From the IMG/VR virus record IMGVR_UViG_3300035670_000105, positions 1 through 64,000 of that record: a stretch of DNA of 64,000 bases. One strand, given 5' to 3'. Made by a program: the position numbers and the translations under genes. The DNA comes from a virus. Shown piece by piece: positions 38,262-48,855 of this stretch. How positions within the stretch are numbered: the stretch's first letter is position 1; every line of letters begins with the position of its first letter. Below the pieces are notes generated by a model. That model had not been told where the DNA came from. It saw only the letters and a list, made by a program, of their open reading frames with translations, and made no database searches.

Positions 38262-39101
38262 TCACGCGCTCCAATGACGAACCTGTGCATCACGCACCTG
38301 GGGCAAGGACACCCCATAGGCCCTTTGCCAGGACAGTGTTCCCGCCTTCGCCATCTCGGGATCCACCTGCGGCAAAGGCCCCACCTGCACGCCACCCAGC
38401 GCGCCGCGGCTCACCGGCTTGAACGAGCCATCCGGCAGCGATGCAGCCGGTGGCGTCGGCGGCGGCAGGCTCGCCAGCGGTGCATTCACCCCCGCCGCCG
38501 CCAGCATCGGCGCCGCCAGCTTCGGGTTGGCCGCGGCCCATTGCTTCATGTCCTCCCGCTCCCAGTACGCCGCACTCATCGGATCCCGGCTCCGCCCCGG
38601 ATCCCCCGCAGCCGCCCTCCAGTCCGCCGCCGCCGCCGCCAGGGGCGGACTCGATTCCTGGGTGGCTGTGGTGGGGGCAGCTCCCGGGGCGGGGGTGGCA
38701 TTGCCCGGGTTGGGCAGTGCCATCGCGTAGCTGCCATCCGGCTGCTTCCACCGGCCCGTTCCCAGGTACTCCAGCTGCTGCGCGTTCAGGCCTGGGCGGT
38801 CCTTGCGTTTGGCCAGGTGCACATGCGTGCCATGGCCCGCATCGCCAGGACCAAGCACCTCATCGAACGTGCCCAGCTCACGCGCCCTCTGCATCAGGCG
38901 CTTCGTGCGCTCCTGCCAATGCAGCGATGGCCCGCCTTCGTACTCGGGCCCTTCATCGGCGCGGTGATCGGTGACATCGATCGCCTCGTCGTGGTAGTGG
39001 TACGAGTTCTCGGCATGCTTGCCGACAGGGCCAAACGCCTTGTGCTGCCCGACGCGCAGGCCGTAACCCTGCAGCGCCTTCCCGATGTCAACGATCGGCA
39101 T
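38262..39101 (-). CDS. LAS-type (M15-like) zinc peptidase-domain protein
   Basis: SYHYHDEAIDV (H-x6-D) and HVHLA (H-x-H). Confidence 0.6.
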   Translation of the reverse strand: MPIVDIGKALQGYGLRVGQHKAFGPVGKHAENSYHYHDEAIDVTDHRADEGPEYEGGPSLHWQERTKRLMQRARELGTFDEVLGPGDAGHGTHVHLAKRKDRPGLNAQQLEYLGTGRWKQPDGSYAMALPNPGNATPAPGAAPTTATQESSPPLAAAAADWRAAAGDPGRSRDPMSAAYWEREDMKQWAAANPKLAAPMLAAAGVNAPLASLPPPTPPAASLPDGSFKPVSRGALGGVQVGPLPQVDPEMAKAGTLSWQRAYGVSLPQVRDAQVRHWSA

Positions 39102-39417
39102 CGCTCTCCTCCTCTTCGCACTCGGCTGTGTCGATCAAGCCGTCGTTGAGGAGCACATCGAAGGGCAGAAACCCTTCTGGGTACGCCACTTCCAGCTGGA
39201 TGTCCATCGCCTGCAGGTGCTGGCGCACCACCTCCCTCTCCACCAGCCAGCCCCGCCATGTCGCCACCAGCACATGGCGCAGCTCCTCCTCATCCAACTC
39301 GTCGATCTGCAGTTCGACGCTGCGCAGCAACAGCTGGGCTGTTGGTGGCAGCAGTTCATCCAACCAGGGACCGACACCCGTGGCGTCATCACCAAAGGGA
39401 ACCGATTGCAGCTCCAT
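39088..39417 (-). CDS. NblA-like phycobilisome degradation adaptor
   Basis: LPPTAQLLLRSVELQIDELDEEELRHVLVATWRGWLVEREVVRQHL aligns without gaps to the NblA core as recalled (L.LEQQF.IRSF..QV..M...Q...FLV.LY.QM.V.E.....LL); TACCCT 21 nt upstream. Confidence 0.5.
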   Translation of the reverse strand: MELQSVPFGDDATGVGPWLDELLPPTAQLLLRSVELQIDELDEEELRHVLVATWRGWLVEREVVRQHLQAMDIQLEVAYPEGFLPFDVLLNDGLIDTAECEEEESDADR

Positions 39418-39524
39418 GGACAGTGCGCTGTTGGCCTGAGGGTAGGGAAGGTGGCAACTGAAGTTGTTGCTTTTCACGCCTGTTCCATTCACCCTGTCGA
39501 CTACAACGCCTTTGACACACACCG

Positions 39525-40415
39525 GTGTCCACCGACTTTCTCAGTCGCACCGCCGCCCGCTACCCCCTGCTGCGCCCCGACGAGGAAATCGAGCTGGGGC
39601 GCCAGATTCGCGCCTGGCAGGATCATCCTGACGGCCCGGACCAAGCCCCTGCTGCAGTGCAACGACGGGGCAGGCGAGCGCAGGATCGCTTCCTCCTCTG
39701 CAACCTTCGCCTCGCGCACTACATCGCCCGCCGCTTCAACAATCGCGGTGTGCCGATGGAGGATCTCGTCCAGTCCGCCACCGAAGGGCTGCTGCAGGCC
39801 GTACGCCGCTTTGAGCCGGCCAATGGCTTTCGCTTCTCCAGCTATGCGGTGTGGTGGGCGCAGCAGAGCTGCCAGATCGCCGTCGCCACGCAGGGCGGCG
39901 CCCTCAGGCTTCCCACCACCGTCAGCGAGGGATTGCGGCGTGTCGCCCGCGCTGGCGCTCGCCTGCGCGCTGAACTGAACCGCCCACCAACCGACGCCGA
40001 GATTGAAGAAGCGGCCAACCTCAAGCCCGGCCAGCTGCGCAATCTCCGCGCTGCCGCCAGGGCGGCGGACACCCGCTCCCTGCATGACCACGCCAGGCAG
40101 GGGGGCGGCTCCGATCCCAGCAGTGGAGACGCCACCTGGCTCGATCTCCTCGCTGACGACGACCAGCACGCCAAGGAGCTGGAGCAGCGCGATCTCAACC
40201 GCAGCCTGCGTCAGCTGATTGAAACCACGCCCACTCTCACTCCCCAGCAGCGGGAGGTGCTGCGATGCCGTTACCTGACCCCCACGCCACTGACCCATGT
40301 GCAGATCGCCTCGCGGCTGAACATCAACCGGGACACCTGCCGCAGGCTGGAGCGCAGCGCCCTGACCGTGCTCAAGGCGCGGGGGGTGCGGATCCGGGTC
40401 TTCCTGCCGAGCTGA
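39525..40415 (+). CDS. RpoD-like sigma70 factor
   Basis: YPLLRPDEEIELGR (1.2), NLRLAHYIARRF, DLVQ..TEGL..AV.RFEP..GFRFSSYAVWW, region 3, region 4 HTH. Confidence 0.92.
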   Translation: MSTDFLSRTAARYPLLRPDEEIELGRQIRAWQDHPDGPDQAPAAVQRRGRRAQDRFLLCNLRLAHYIARRFNNRGVPMEDLVQSATEGLLQAVRRFEPANGFRFSSYAVWWAQQSCQIAVATQGGALRLPTTVSEGLRRVARAGARLRAELNRPPTDAEIEEAANLKPGQLRNLRAAARAADTRSLHDHARQGGGSDPSSGDATWLDLLADDDQHAKELEQRDLNRSLRQLIETTPTLTPQQREVLRCRYLTPTPLTHVQIASRLNINRDTCRRLERSALTVLKARGVRIRVFLPS

Positions 40416-40730
40416 TTCAACCCCTGGAACTGCTGTTGCTGGCTGCCCCGCATGGGCAATGGCAAGGCGCTGCGTGCAGCTACGGCCTGGTACTGGAAGT
40501 GCTCAGCCTCAGTGAGCGGGCCCTGCGTCAGAGCGGGCTGCACACCAGTGCCGGCCAGCTGGAGGCCCTGGCGCGGGAGTTTCGCCGCCAGCGGCGCAGC
40601 CCACTGCTGATGGGCGATCTACCGCCACAGCGGCAACGGCAGATCGATGCGCTTCCCGTCCGCGAGCCACGCCAGCGGCGGCGGCGGCTGCCGCGCATCA
40701 AACCGCAGTAGCGCACGGGCGGTTGTGCCA

Positions 40731-40997
40731 ATGACCGCTCCGCCTGTTAGCTTTGCGTGCAGTTGCCCTCCTGCCGTGCCCGCCCGCCGCGCCACCCGCA
40801 GCGCCACCTGGGCCACCACATCCCAGTTGGCGGAAGAGATCGGCGTCTCCACTCGCACCATCCAACGGCTGCTCAGCCGCGGCCTCTTTCAACCCCAGGT
40901 GCACTGGCGGCCCATCAATCCCCTGATGGAGCACAGCCCCCGGCTGTGGCATCGGCAGCGTGTGGCCCAACTGCTCTGGAGCACTCATGAATCCTGA
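40731..40997 (+). CDS. Excisionase-like winged-HTH protein
   Basis: WATTSQLAEEIGVSTRTIQRL...HWR. Confidence 0.55.
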   Translation: MTAPPVSFACSCPPAVPARRATRSATWATTSQLAEEIGVSTRTIQRLLSRGLFQPQVHWRPINPLMEHSPRLWHRQRVAQLLWSTHES

Positions 40998-41292
40998 TCC
41001 GGCGCTGCTCGCCGACGACCGGTCCCGCGTCCTGCAGCTCGCTGCGCTACCTGCGCCGGACGAGCTGGCCTTGATTGACGCAGCGCGGCTGCTGATGCGC
41101 TACAGCCTGGAGGGATTCGGCAGTGATCTCCACCATCAACTGCAGGCGGTGATCGAGCACTGGGGGCTGACACGCCTGCAACTGCACGAGCGCACCCGGG
41201 CGCTCTGGGCCTCTGGTTGGCGACCCCGTCAGGATCCCGCCCAGCAGCTGGATGGCGTCAGCATCGGCTCTGGCGCTGATGTCGGAGGTTGA
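40987..41292 (+). CDS. DUF3288-family (cyanobacterial) protein
   Basis: DR..V..L...P....L.D.ARLLMRY...DL...L...W.LT...L..RTR.LW..G. Confidence 0.7.
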   Translation: MNPDPALLADDRSRVLQLAALPAPDELALIDAARLLMRYSLEGFGSDLHHQLQAVIEHWGLTRLQLHERTRALWASGWRPRQDPAQQLDGVSIGSGADVGG

Positions 41293-41294
41293 CG

Positions 41295-44200
41295 ATGACT
41301 GAACCGAACCTCCGTGCGCTGTGCGCTGAGCTGTTGAGCGCTATGGATAAGCTTTATAGGCAGTCCGTGACAACTCCGTATTCTCAGACGATTGAAATTG
41401 ACGGCATTCGACACGCAATCCCTATCGGGAAAGATATTCTTGCTCAGGATGCTGTTTATGCGGACTTGATGGACCGCGCCCGCGCCATACTGGCCCAGCC
41501 CGAGCTGCAGGGGCCAAGTGATGAAGCAATCATGCGACTTGCATGTATTTCGCTTGGCTATGAGTACACTCCATCTCTGCTCTCCAGTCCAGAAAACGAC
41601 ATTGGAGCACTGGACGCATTGCCCTCGGAGTTGCTGGCCTTCGCCCGCGCCGTCCTGCAACGCTTTGGCCGCCCCGACATTGAGCCGGTGGCGCAGCAGC
41701 AGGAGGTGGAGTGATGAGCACTGACTGGAAGGCGCTTTGCGCTGAGCTGGTACTACAGATGGATGCGATGGATGACTCTCGCCATTGGGACGACTCTCTT
41801 TATGAACGCGCCTGCGCCGCCCTGGCCCAGCCCGAGCCGCAGGGGGCGACGGATGAGGAGTTGGATACCTTTTTTCAGCAATGGAGAGATGTCAATACAG
41901 ATGCTGAAAGCTGGTTGACTGATGAACAAGAGCGTCGCCTTGCCCGCGACCTGTTCGCCCGCTACGGACTGGCCCAGTCCGAGCCGCAGGGAGTGAGGCA
42001 AGAAGCAGTCCTGGACTGGCTGCGTAACGACGAAGCCTGGGGAACGATTGTCGCGCCGAAAAGCTGGCGAGCCCAAGATGACAAACTTTTGAACCTTCTA
42101 CTACGAGCCATCGCTCATTTTGGCCGCGCCGCCATCAAGCCGGTGCCTGTCGCTGAGCGGTTGCCAGAACCCCACACGAAAGTCATCGCCCACTATCTGA
42201 ACGATCTCGGAAATTCTCGGACCATTCTTGCTGAGTGGGTGCCAGCAAAGTCACGGACCGATGACTGCTTAGTGGATGACGACTTTGCCGAATACGACGA
42301 AGAAGCCGATGAATACTATTGGCCGGAAGGCTGGTATGAAAGCATTGAGAACTGGGATGATTACGGGGCTGTGTTTGTTCACGAAGGCATGATTACGCAC
42401 TGGCAGCCGCTTCCGCGTGGGCCCCACTACGCCCTGCCGGTGTCGCAGCAGCAGGAGGTGAAGTAATGAGCACTGACTGGAAGACGTCTTGCCGCCCTGA
42501 GTGCTTCGATTTTGCCCTAGATGTTGTTGGCGATCCTGAGGCAACAGAGTTGCGGCTCTACGTTGAAGCGCTAGAGGCCCGTTGCACCGCCGTAGCCCAG
42601 CCTAAGCCGCAGGGGGCGACGCTTGATGACATTGTGGAGCTGTGCGCCGAACACGAATTCATGCTTGGCGTTGACGGTGCCAATGAGGACGAGAGTGCCG
42701 AAGGGCTTTTGGAAATCGCCTGCGCCGTCCTCGCCCGCTGGGGGCGCCCCGTCATTGAGCCGGTGCCTGTCACTGAGCGGTTGCCGGGAGAGGGAGATAA
42801 AAACGAGGAGGGTGAAGTATGGGTTGAAGAACCGGGCTATTCGCATTCGCTTGCGGACACAGGTGACTACGACTGGGAGCCACACCGCTATGTCCTACGT
42901 GATATTCAAGACCGAGACCATCGCCGTAACCATCGCTGGGTTCCCCACTGGGCCCTGCCGGTGCCGCAGCAGGAGGTGGAGTGATGACTGACACTTTCCG
43001 TGCGCTATGCGATGAGGAGGAGAACTAATGGCTGAGGACATTGACCTGGTCCGCACGATGGACTCACGGACGTGGGCCGCTGAGTTCATGCGAATTACGG
43101 GCGGCGCGATTGACGAGCAGACCATGATCTCTTGGTTTGCCAACGCAATCATGTGCGGCTGGGATCATCACTACTGGCAGTCCGACGAGTACAAGCAAGC
43201 GGTGGCGAGTGCGCTGCAGCCGGAGCTGGTGCAGGAGTGGCGAGCAGCAGTAGGAGGTGGAGTGATGACACCTCTCTCACCAGAAGCTCAGGCTGTGCTG
43301 GATGCGCTCACGCAAAAAGAATACGGCCTAGATCCTGCGGACATTCCAAATGAAGCTCGGCGCCTGGCCTGTATAGCCGCCGCCGTATTGCGTGAGGCTG
43401 CGGATCAGGTGGTGCCAGAGCTTGGCAGGCCCCGCACGGCAGACGAGCGCACTTTGTACCACGAAGGACGGCTTGATGCGGTCATTCGACACAGGCAGCA
43501 TCTCCTCACCATCGCCGCCGAGCTGGAGCAGGTGGCAAATATCAACACTACGGAGGCAGCATCATGAGCAACGAACACCTGATCACCCCGCCGCCAGAAC
43601 TGAGGCGGGAATGGCGCGAAAAGGCCACTGAAGCCGGGCTCGTTGACGAGGAAATCTTCGCCGCTTTCTCTATCCAATGGGGAGCCGACCAGGAACTGAA
43701 GGCGTGCTGTGAGTGGCTCATCGCTTGGGACACCTGCGAAGGTGAGAAACTTGCTTCTCTTTTGCGCGAAGGACGCCGCCCGCAGCCGCCGAGTTTGAAG
43801 GAGCAGGCACTGGAAGCTCAGCAACGCATGGGGGACGGAGGTTGCACACATGAGGACTGGCAGCTTGTCCGCCGCGCACTGGAGGCTCTGCCCAATGACT
43901 GACCTATCACCCGCTGCCCAGGCGATAAAGGATGCCGTGCTTGCGCTCTATGCCGATGAAATGGTTCACAAGTTCGGATGGCAGCTTGACGCGCCCACTG
44001 TTGCTGCCGCCCTGCGAGCTGCTGCAGATCAGGTGGTGCCGGAGCAGGCGCTTGAAGACGTGCCTGGTCGCTTTGTCAAGGGCTGCTGCCACGCCCGACT
44101 GCAGGACACACGCGCCGAACTTCTCGCCATCGCCGCCGAGCTGGAGCAGGCGGCTTCCAACAACATTACGGAGAAACCATGAACACTGAACACCCGATCA

Positions 44201-45004
44201 CCCCGCCGCCGGAGCTGGTGCAGCAGTGGCGAGCAGCAGCCAGCAACGTGCCAGCAACGTACTTCTGTGAGGGAGTTCGCTTTGACTACATCGACTACAT
44301 CGCCACCCGCGCCGCCCAATGGGGTGCCGACCAAGAGCTGGAGGCGTGCCGCATGGAGATCATAGATGGAGCAGGACGTGCCTACATCAATGAAACTTGC
44401 AATCGCGTTTGCTTGGCCGATGACATTTGGTCCGCCCGACGCCCCAAGCCGCCGAGCTTGAAGGAGCAGGCACTAGCCGTGCTACCAGAAAGGCTTGGTA
44501 GTGGATTCATGGCAACAATCAACGACAAGGAACTTGACATCCTCCGCCGTGCTATCGAGGCCCTGCCCAATGACTGACTCAAAGCAACAACACCGCGCCA
44601 CGCCTGAGCAGTGGGCGAGTATTGACGACCCAGAGAATCCATTTGCCTACGAGGTTTGCATCCTCGAATTGCGCGACCGCATCGCAGCGCTGGAAGCAGG
44701 GCAAACCTGCCCGCACATCGTCACCAGCGACGAAGGGACCAGCTACTGCGCGTTGGCCGAGCAGACGCATTCCAAGCCAACTCCTAATGATCGCCAAATT
44801 AGGAGTTCGCCTGACCATTTTGAGCAGGTCAACAAAATGGTCACCAGCTCGCTGGTGGAGCGGGTTCAGAGTGCGATAAGTGATGTGGAGTTTCCGCATG
44901 GCACCGACGAAGCCCGCGCCGCGATTCGTGAGGTGGCGGCTTGGATACGGGAGCGCGGTTGGGACTTGGGAGCCCGAGCGCTGGAGCGGGAGGCCGAGGG
45001 ATGA
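41295..45004 (+). CDS. Array of eight small modular ORFs (41295..41714, 41711..42466, 42466..42984, 43028..43567, 43564..43902, 43895..44182, 44179..44577, 44570..45004)
   Basis: Shared terminal modules (ALCAEL, AQPEPQG, GRP.IEPV, QQEVE, ITPPPEL, QWGADQEL.AC, PPSLKEQAL, AADQVVPE, IAAELE). Confidence 0.75.
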
Positions 45005-45750
45005 TCACTGACGCCGACTTCCAGGTTCTCGCCGCCAACAATCGCGTTCCAGCGCTTGACCTCGCTCAGGTCTTCAGTGCTGGCGAACGCCAGAAACGAA
45101 TTGACAGCTGGATGACTCAGCTGGAGCAACTCGGCGTCCTGACCGGCTACGACCGCAACGTGCTTCAGCAGTGGCAAGATGCCGGCTATCCAGGTGCACG
45201 CCCCCAGCTGTCGATCGAGATCAACGCTCCCTACAGAGAACAGGACGAAGAAAAGCAACAGACCGCTGCTCAGCGACTAATTCGACAAGAGCAGCGCATG
45301 CTTGACGAATGGCTTAGACATGGGCAATTACGCACCGAAGTAGAACAAGAACAGCGCCTGCTGCGGCACTACCCCATCTCTTATCCCGCTTTCATCCGGC
45401 GTCAACAGGAACTGGAGCAAGCTCGCAAGGAAGCACTTCGCGCCCAACTCATCGCCGACCGCGAACGTCAAAAAGCTGAACAACTGGAAAGAGAAGCGCT
45501 TGAGTCCCTCAAGCGGCAAATGGAAGAAGATCGCAGGCAGCTCACCGCAAGGGTCGAGGCTTACGTCGAAGACCCGCTGGGCAGCACCTTCGACCTGACC
45601 GAAGGCGAGTTCACCCACTGGTGCGACGAGATCGCCACCCCTGAGCAACTGGATGCGCTCACCAATGCCTTGGCAGCCCGTGGCCGCTACAACGCGCTGC
45701 CACCCTGGCAGCGCTGGTTGCTCACGCGCCTTGCTCCCTTACTCGCCTAG
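45001..45750 (+). CDS. Hypothetical coiled-coil protein
   Basis: Q/E/R-rich ORF converging on the integrase. Confidence 0.6.
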   Translation: MITDADFQVLAANNRVPALDLAQVFSAGERQKRIDSWMTQLEQLGVLTGYDRNVLQQWQDAGYPGARPQLSIEINAPYREQDEEKQQTAAQRLIRQEQRMLDEWLRHGQLRTEVEQEQRLLRHYPISYPAFIRRQQELEQARKEALRAQLIADRERQKAEQLEREALESLKRQMEEDRRQLTARVEAYVEDPLGSTFDLTEGEFTHWCDEIATPEQLDALTNALAARGRYNALPPWQRWLLTRLAPLLA

Positions 45751-47096
45751 TCGCTGCTCCCGCCCGAACCCAGCAGCTGCTGCAGTGCTGCCATCTGCAA
45801 CCGCAACTGCTCCAGCTCCTGCCTCTCCCCATCAGCCAACACATCACGCCGCGCTGCGTCAAACTGCTGCTGCTGGTGGCGGCGCATTCGACCTGGCGGC
45901 AGCCATCGCAGGTAGATGCGCTGATGCACCTCCCAGCTGTGCCCAAGCCATGCCGCTTGCTGCTCTGGATCCACGCCGGCCGTCTCAGCACTGGTGGCGC
46001 AGCGGATCGCATAGCTGTGCCGCAAGTCATACGGCCGCAGCCAATCCACACCCTCTCCCTCCGCCACTGGCGCCACCAATCGCTGCACGCCGCGCAGGGT
46101 GAACTGCTTGCGCAGGTACTGACCCAACTCAGCATTGTTCACCGGAATCATCACTCCGCCGCGCTGCTCCCATCTGATCGGCCAACGCTCCAGCAACTGG
46201 CCGCGGCGCCAGGGCCATTGCTCCGCCAGTCGGTAGCGCTGCAGCCAGCGGCCTGGCACCGGCGGCGCAAAGTGCGCCCTGGCGGATTTGGTGCGCATCT
46301 CACCCGGGATCGTCACCCATCCCCTCGCATCCACCCCCTCGATGTGCCACAGCTCATGCGGGCGGATGCCATAGGTGGCTGCCACGGCGAACACCCACTG
46401 GTTGAAGCCGTCCAACCCATCCAGCCATGCCTCGATCGCGCTGTCGCTGGGCACCAGCCGCACCCGTAGCCCCTGGGCTGCAGCCAGTCGCACCGCCGCA
46501 CCTCGCGGCCGGCGATTGCGCAGCTCGGCCAGCACTGGCGGCAGAGCCAGCTCAGGCGCAACCCGATCGATCCAGCTGAGCACTTCCAGCCTGCGGTTGT
46601 AACTGCGCCGCTGCTCCAACGGATCCACCTGCCGGGCCCATTCACCCAGGGCCTGCGCCGATGGCACGCCCTGGAGCTGGGCGATCCGCAGCCGCAGATC
46701 GTTGAGCAGATGCACCCGGCTGCCCTGCTTCGGGATCGCCTTGATCACCTCCGCACTCACCTGCTCCGCCAGCACCTGCCAGCTGCTGCCGCCACTGGAG
46801 CGCTGCTGAGGCCGTGGCTGCGGCCAGCCCTTCTGCTTCACCGCCAGCAGGCACAGCTCCGCCGCGGCCGTGATGTCCTCGCTGCGATCACAGCGCAGGG
46901 GGGCCAACGAGAACCGCTCCACCGTCATCCCCACCTCCATCCGCCGCACCCAGAGATGGGGCGAATCGCGGCGGCGCCACAACCGCCAGGGGCTGCCGGC
47001 CGCCTGTAACCGGCGCAGCGCCAGTAACCAGTGCGCCTCCACCTCCCCATCACCCCATCCCGCCTGTCTTGCCTGTGATGACGGATGAGACGACAT
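45747..47096 (-). CDS. int: Tyrosine recombinase (integrase); start uncertain
   Basis: YGIRPHEL (R), TK, YDLRHSYA, LGHS...H..IY; adjacent to a tRNA 3' fragment. Confidence 0.85.
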   Translation of the reverse strand: MSSHPSSQARQAGWGDGEVEAHWLLALRRLQAAGSPWRLWRRRDSPHLWVRRMEVGMTVERFSLAPLRCDRSEDITAAAELCLLAVKQKGWPQPRPQQRSSGGSSWQVLAEQVSAEVIKAIPKQGSRVHLLNDLRLRIAQLQGVPSAQALGEWARQVDPLEQRRSYNRRLEVLSWIDRVAPELALPPVLAELRNRRPRGAAVRLAAAQGLRVRLVPSDSAIEAWLDGLDGFNQWVFAVAATYGIRPHELWHIEGVDARGWVTIPGEMRTKSARAHFAPPVPGRWLQRYRLAEQWPWRRGQLLERWPIRWEQRGGVMIPVNNAELGQYLRKQFTLRGVQRLVAPVAEGEGVDWLRPYDLRHSYAIRCATSAETAGVDPEQQAAWLGHSWEVHQRIYLRWLPPGRMRRHQQQQFDAARRDVLADGERQELEQLRLQMAALQQLLGSGGSSD

Positions 47097-47205
47097 TCCA
47101 TGCACGCTGGCGTGCACGAATCCTGCCGCATCCGGTCCATCTCTGTCCCTGTCTGTCACCCGTTGGACAGGCGGGAAGATCGGTGAGACGCCAGTGCTGG
47201 CCAAT

Positions 47206-47230
47206 AAAAAACCCCGCCGGAGCGGGGTTT
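47206..47230 (-). terminator. Terminator downstream of the tRNA fragment
   Basis: Minus strand AAACCCCGC-TCCG-GCGGGGTTTTTT. Confidence 0.8.
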
Positions 47231-47237
47231 GTGAGAA

Positions 47238-47282
47238 TGGCTCGGGGGAGACTTGAACTCCCGACCTTGGGGTTATGAACCC
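47238..47282 (-). mobile_element. attP core: 3' half of a tRNA with CAT anticodon (Met or Ile2)
   Basis: Minus strand GGGTTCATAACCCCAAGGTCGGGAGTTCAAGTCTCCCCCGAGCCA = anticodon arm, T-arm and acceptor 3' strand; no 5' half present. Confidence 0.85.
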
Positions 47283-47575
47283 ATCGACAAACCCCTGAGA
47301 AACCCCTGCTATCACAGGCTTCTCCATGCACGCCCCGCAGGCTGCCGTGCACGCCGGCTCTCAGTTCTCCTCCAACAGCAACCGGAACACCGTCAGCAGG
47401 CAGCTCTCCAGCAGTGCCTGCTGCAGGGCAGCCAGGCTGCACTCACCGCGGCGGTAGCGGCCCAGCGCGCCCTGCACATCGAGCAGCAACACCTCAGCCA
47501 CCTCAGCCCCCTGAAACCCCTGCCGCTTCACCTGCTGCCGCCAGCGCAGTGGAATGATCCGCTTCCACATCGTCC

Positions 47576-48778
47576 TCAGCCCCCATCCACCAAGAAGCGA
47601 TGCACCCACATCCCGCCGCGGTTCAGATCCAGCGTGTTGCTCAGGTACACCCGGGCCGCGTCCGCAGCGCTGCTGCCTGCCACGCACGCGGCGTAGATGC
47701 ACTGATCGCTGTAGAACCCATCGAAGAACTTCTCTGGACCGCGATACCGCCAGCTCTGCGCGTAGAACTCCCCCCAGGGATCCTTGACATCGAAGTCGTG
47801 ACGCTTGCCGCCATCACGGCTCTTCAGTCCATCCAGCGCAATCACGTGGCCGCTCACCGTGAACCAACCATGGGTGATCAGGAACTCACCAGCCTTCAGC
47901 CATTCACAGCACATGGCCAGCGATGCGCTGGCCTCGTAGCGGTAGGGCCTCCTGTAGCTGCGGATCACCGCGGCCATCACGCCAGGGCTGCCGGCTGAGC
48001 TGCCCTGCCGCTTAGCCTCCGCATCCAGCTTGCGGCGAATGCCCAGCACATCGGGATCGCCCACCGCCATGCCGATCGCCGCGGCCTGACAGGTGCGGCT
48101 GTCGGGCTGGCTGATGTTCAAGGCCTTGATCGCCGTCACCCACTGCGTTCGCTCTGCCGGCTTCACCGCTGGCAAAGGTGGTGGCAGGGGGGCGTGTTGA
48201 TCCATCAACGCCACGAGCTTGCTCGCGTAGGCCGGATCGGTGGCATACCCCTCCAGCACCAGCAATCGCGCCGCCTCCTTGCGATCCGCAGCGCGGTTCA
48301 CCCCATGCCAGCGCTTGCCTTCGCTGCTGGTGTAATCGCGGTACCAGCGATCCACCAGATACTTCACTGCCGCGTCCAGGCTCTCAAAGTCCTTGAACTC
48401 AGCGCGGATGGCCACCGGCTTGCCGTTCAGCACCTCTGTCGTGTTCTTCCAGGTGCCAGTGCCCTTCAGCCCGAACGGATTGTTCCTCCCTGAGAAGCTC
48501 TGGCCATGCCCGCTCTCCAGTGCCCACTGCGCTGCCACCAGCTCAGGGAACGCCGCCCCATGCCGCTGCGCCGCATGTGCGATCCCGCCCCAGCTATTAC
48601 CCGCCACTTGGCTGCCACCCATCTCACCTTTGACCGGTGGCTCGGCGCGGAACATCTCCAGGAACTCCTCCTGCTGCTGCTTGCTCAGCAGTGTCCACGC
48701 CCAGTTCCACGCCGCATCCTGATGCGGCAACCGCTTCTCCCGATCTGTGTACCGCGCTGCACTGAGAAAATCGGGCAC
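47576..48778 (-). CDS. Endolysin: GH73 glucosaminidase + C39-like peptidase
   Basis: AAQWALESGHG, NNPFGLKG, GYATDPAY; then QPDSRTCQ...GHVI...DPWGE; GTG start 21 nt after TACCCT. Confidence 0.85.
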   Translation of the reverse strand: MPDFLSAARYTDREKRLPHQDAAWNWAWTLLSKQQQEEFLEMFRAEPPVKGEMGGSQVAGNSWGGIAHAAQRHGAAFPELVAAQWALESGHGQSFSGRNNPFGLKGTGTWKNTTEVLNGKPVAIRAEFKDFESLDAAVKYLVDRWYRDYTSSEGKRWHGVNRAADRKEAARLLVLEGYATDPAYASKLVALMDQHAPLPPPLPAVKPAERTQWVTAIKALNISQPDSRTCQAAAIGMAVGDPDVLGIRRKLDAEAKRQGSSAGSPGVMAAVIRSYRRPYRYEASASLAMCCEWLKAGEFLITHGWFTVSGHVIALDGLKSRDGGKRHDFDVKDPWGEFYAQSWRYRGPEKFFDGFYSDQCIYAACVAGSSAADAARVYLSNTLDLNRGGMWVHRFLVDGG

Positions 48779-48855
48779 AGCATCGCCGCCAGTCCCCGGA
48801 GGGTATGAGGGTGCCAGGGGCACCTCATGCACACTTGAGTGCTTGGGTGGTGGCG

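Noticed and set aside
41295-45004. Integron cassette array
   Set aside because: Repeats lie within coding sequence and lack attC-like inverted R/L boxes; the integrase is tRNA-targeting type
47238-47310. Complete tRNA gene
   Set aside because: No D-arm or 5' acceptor strand (GGCTCGG expected) upstream of the anticodon arm
47097-47327. N-terminal extension of the integrase as given in the ORF track
   Set aside because: It would run through the attP core and terminator; a downstream start is more plausible
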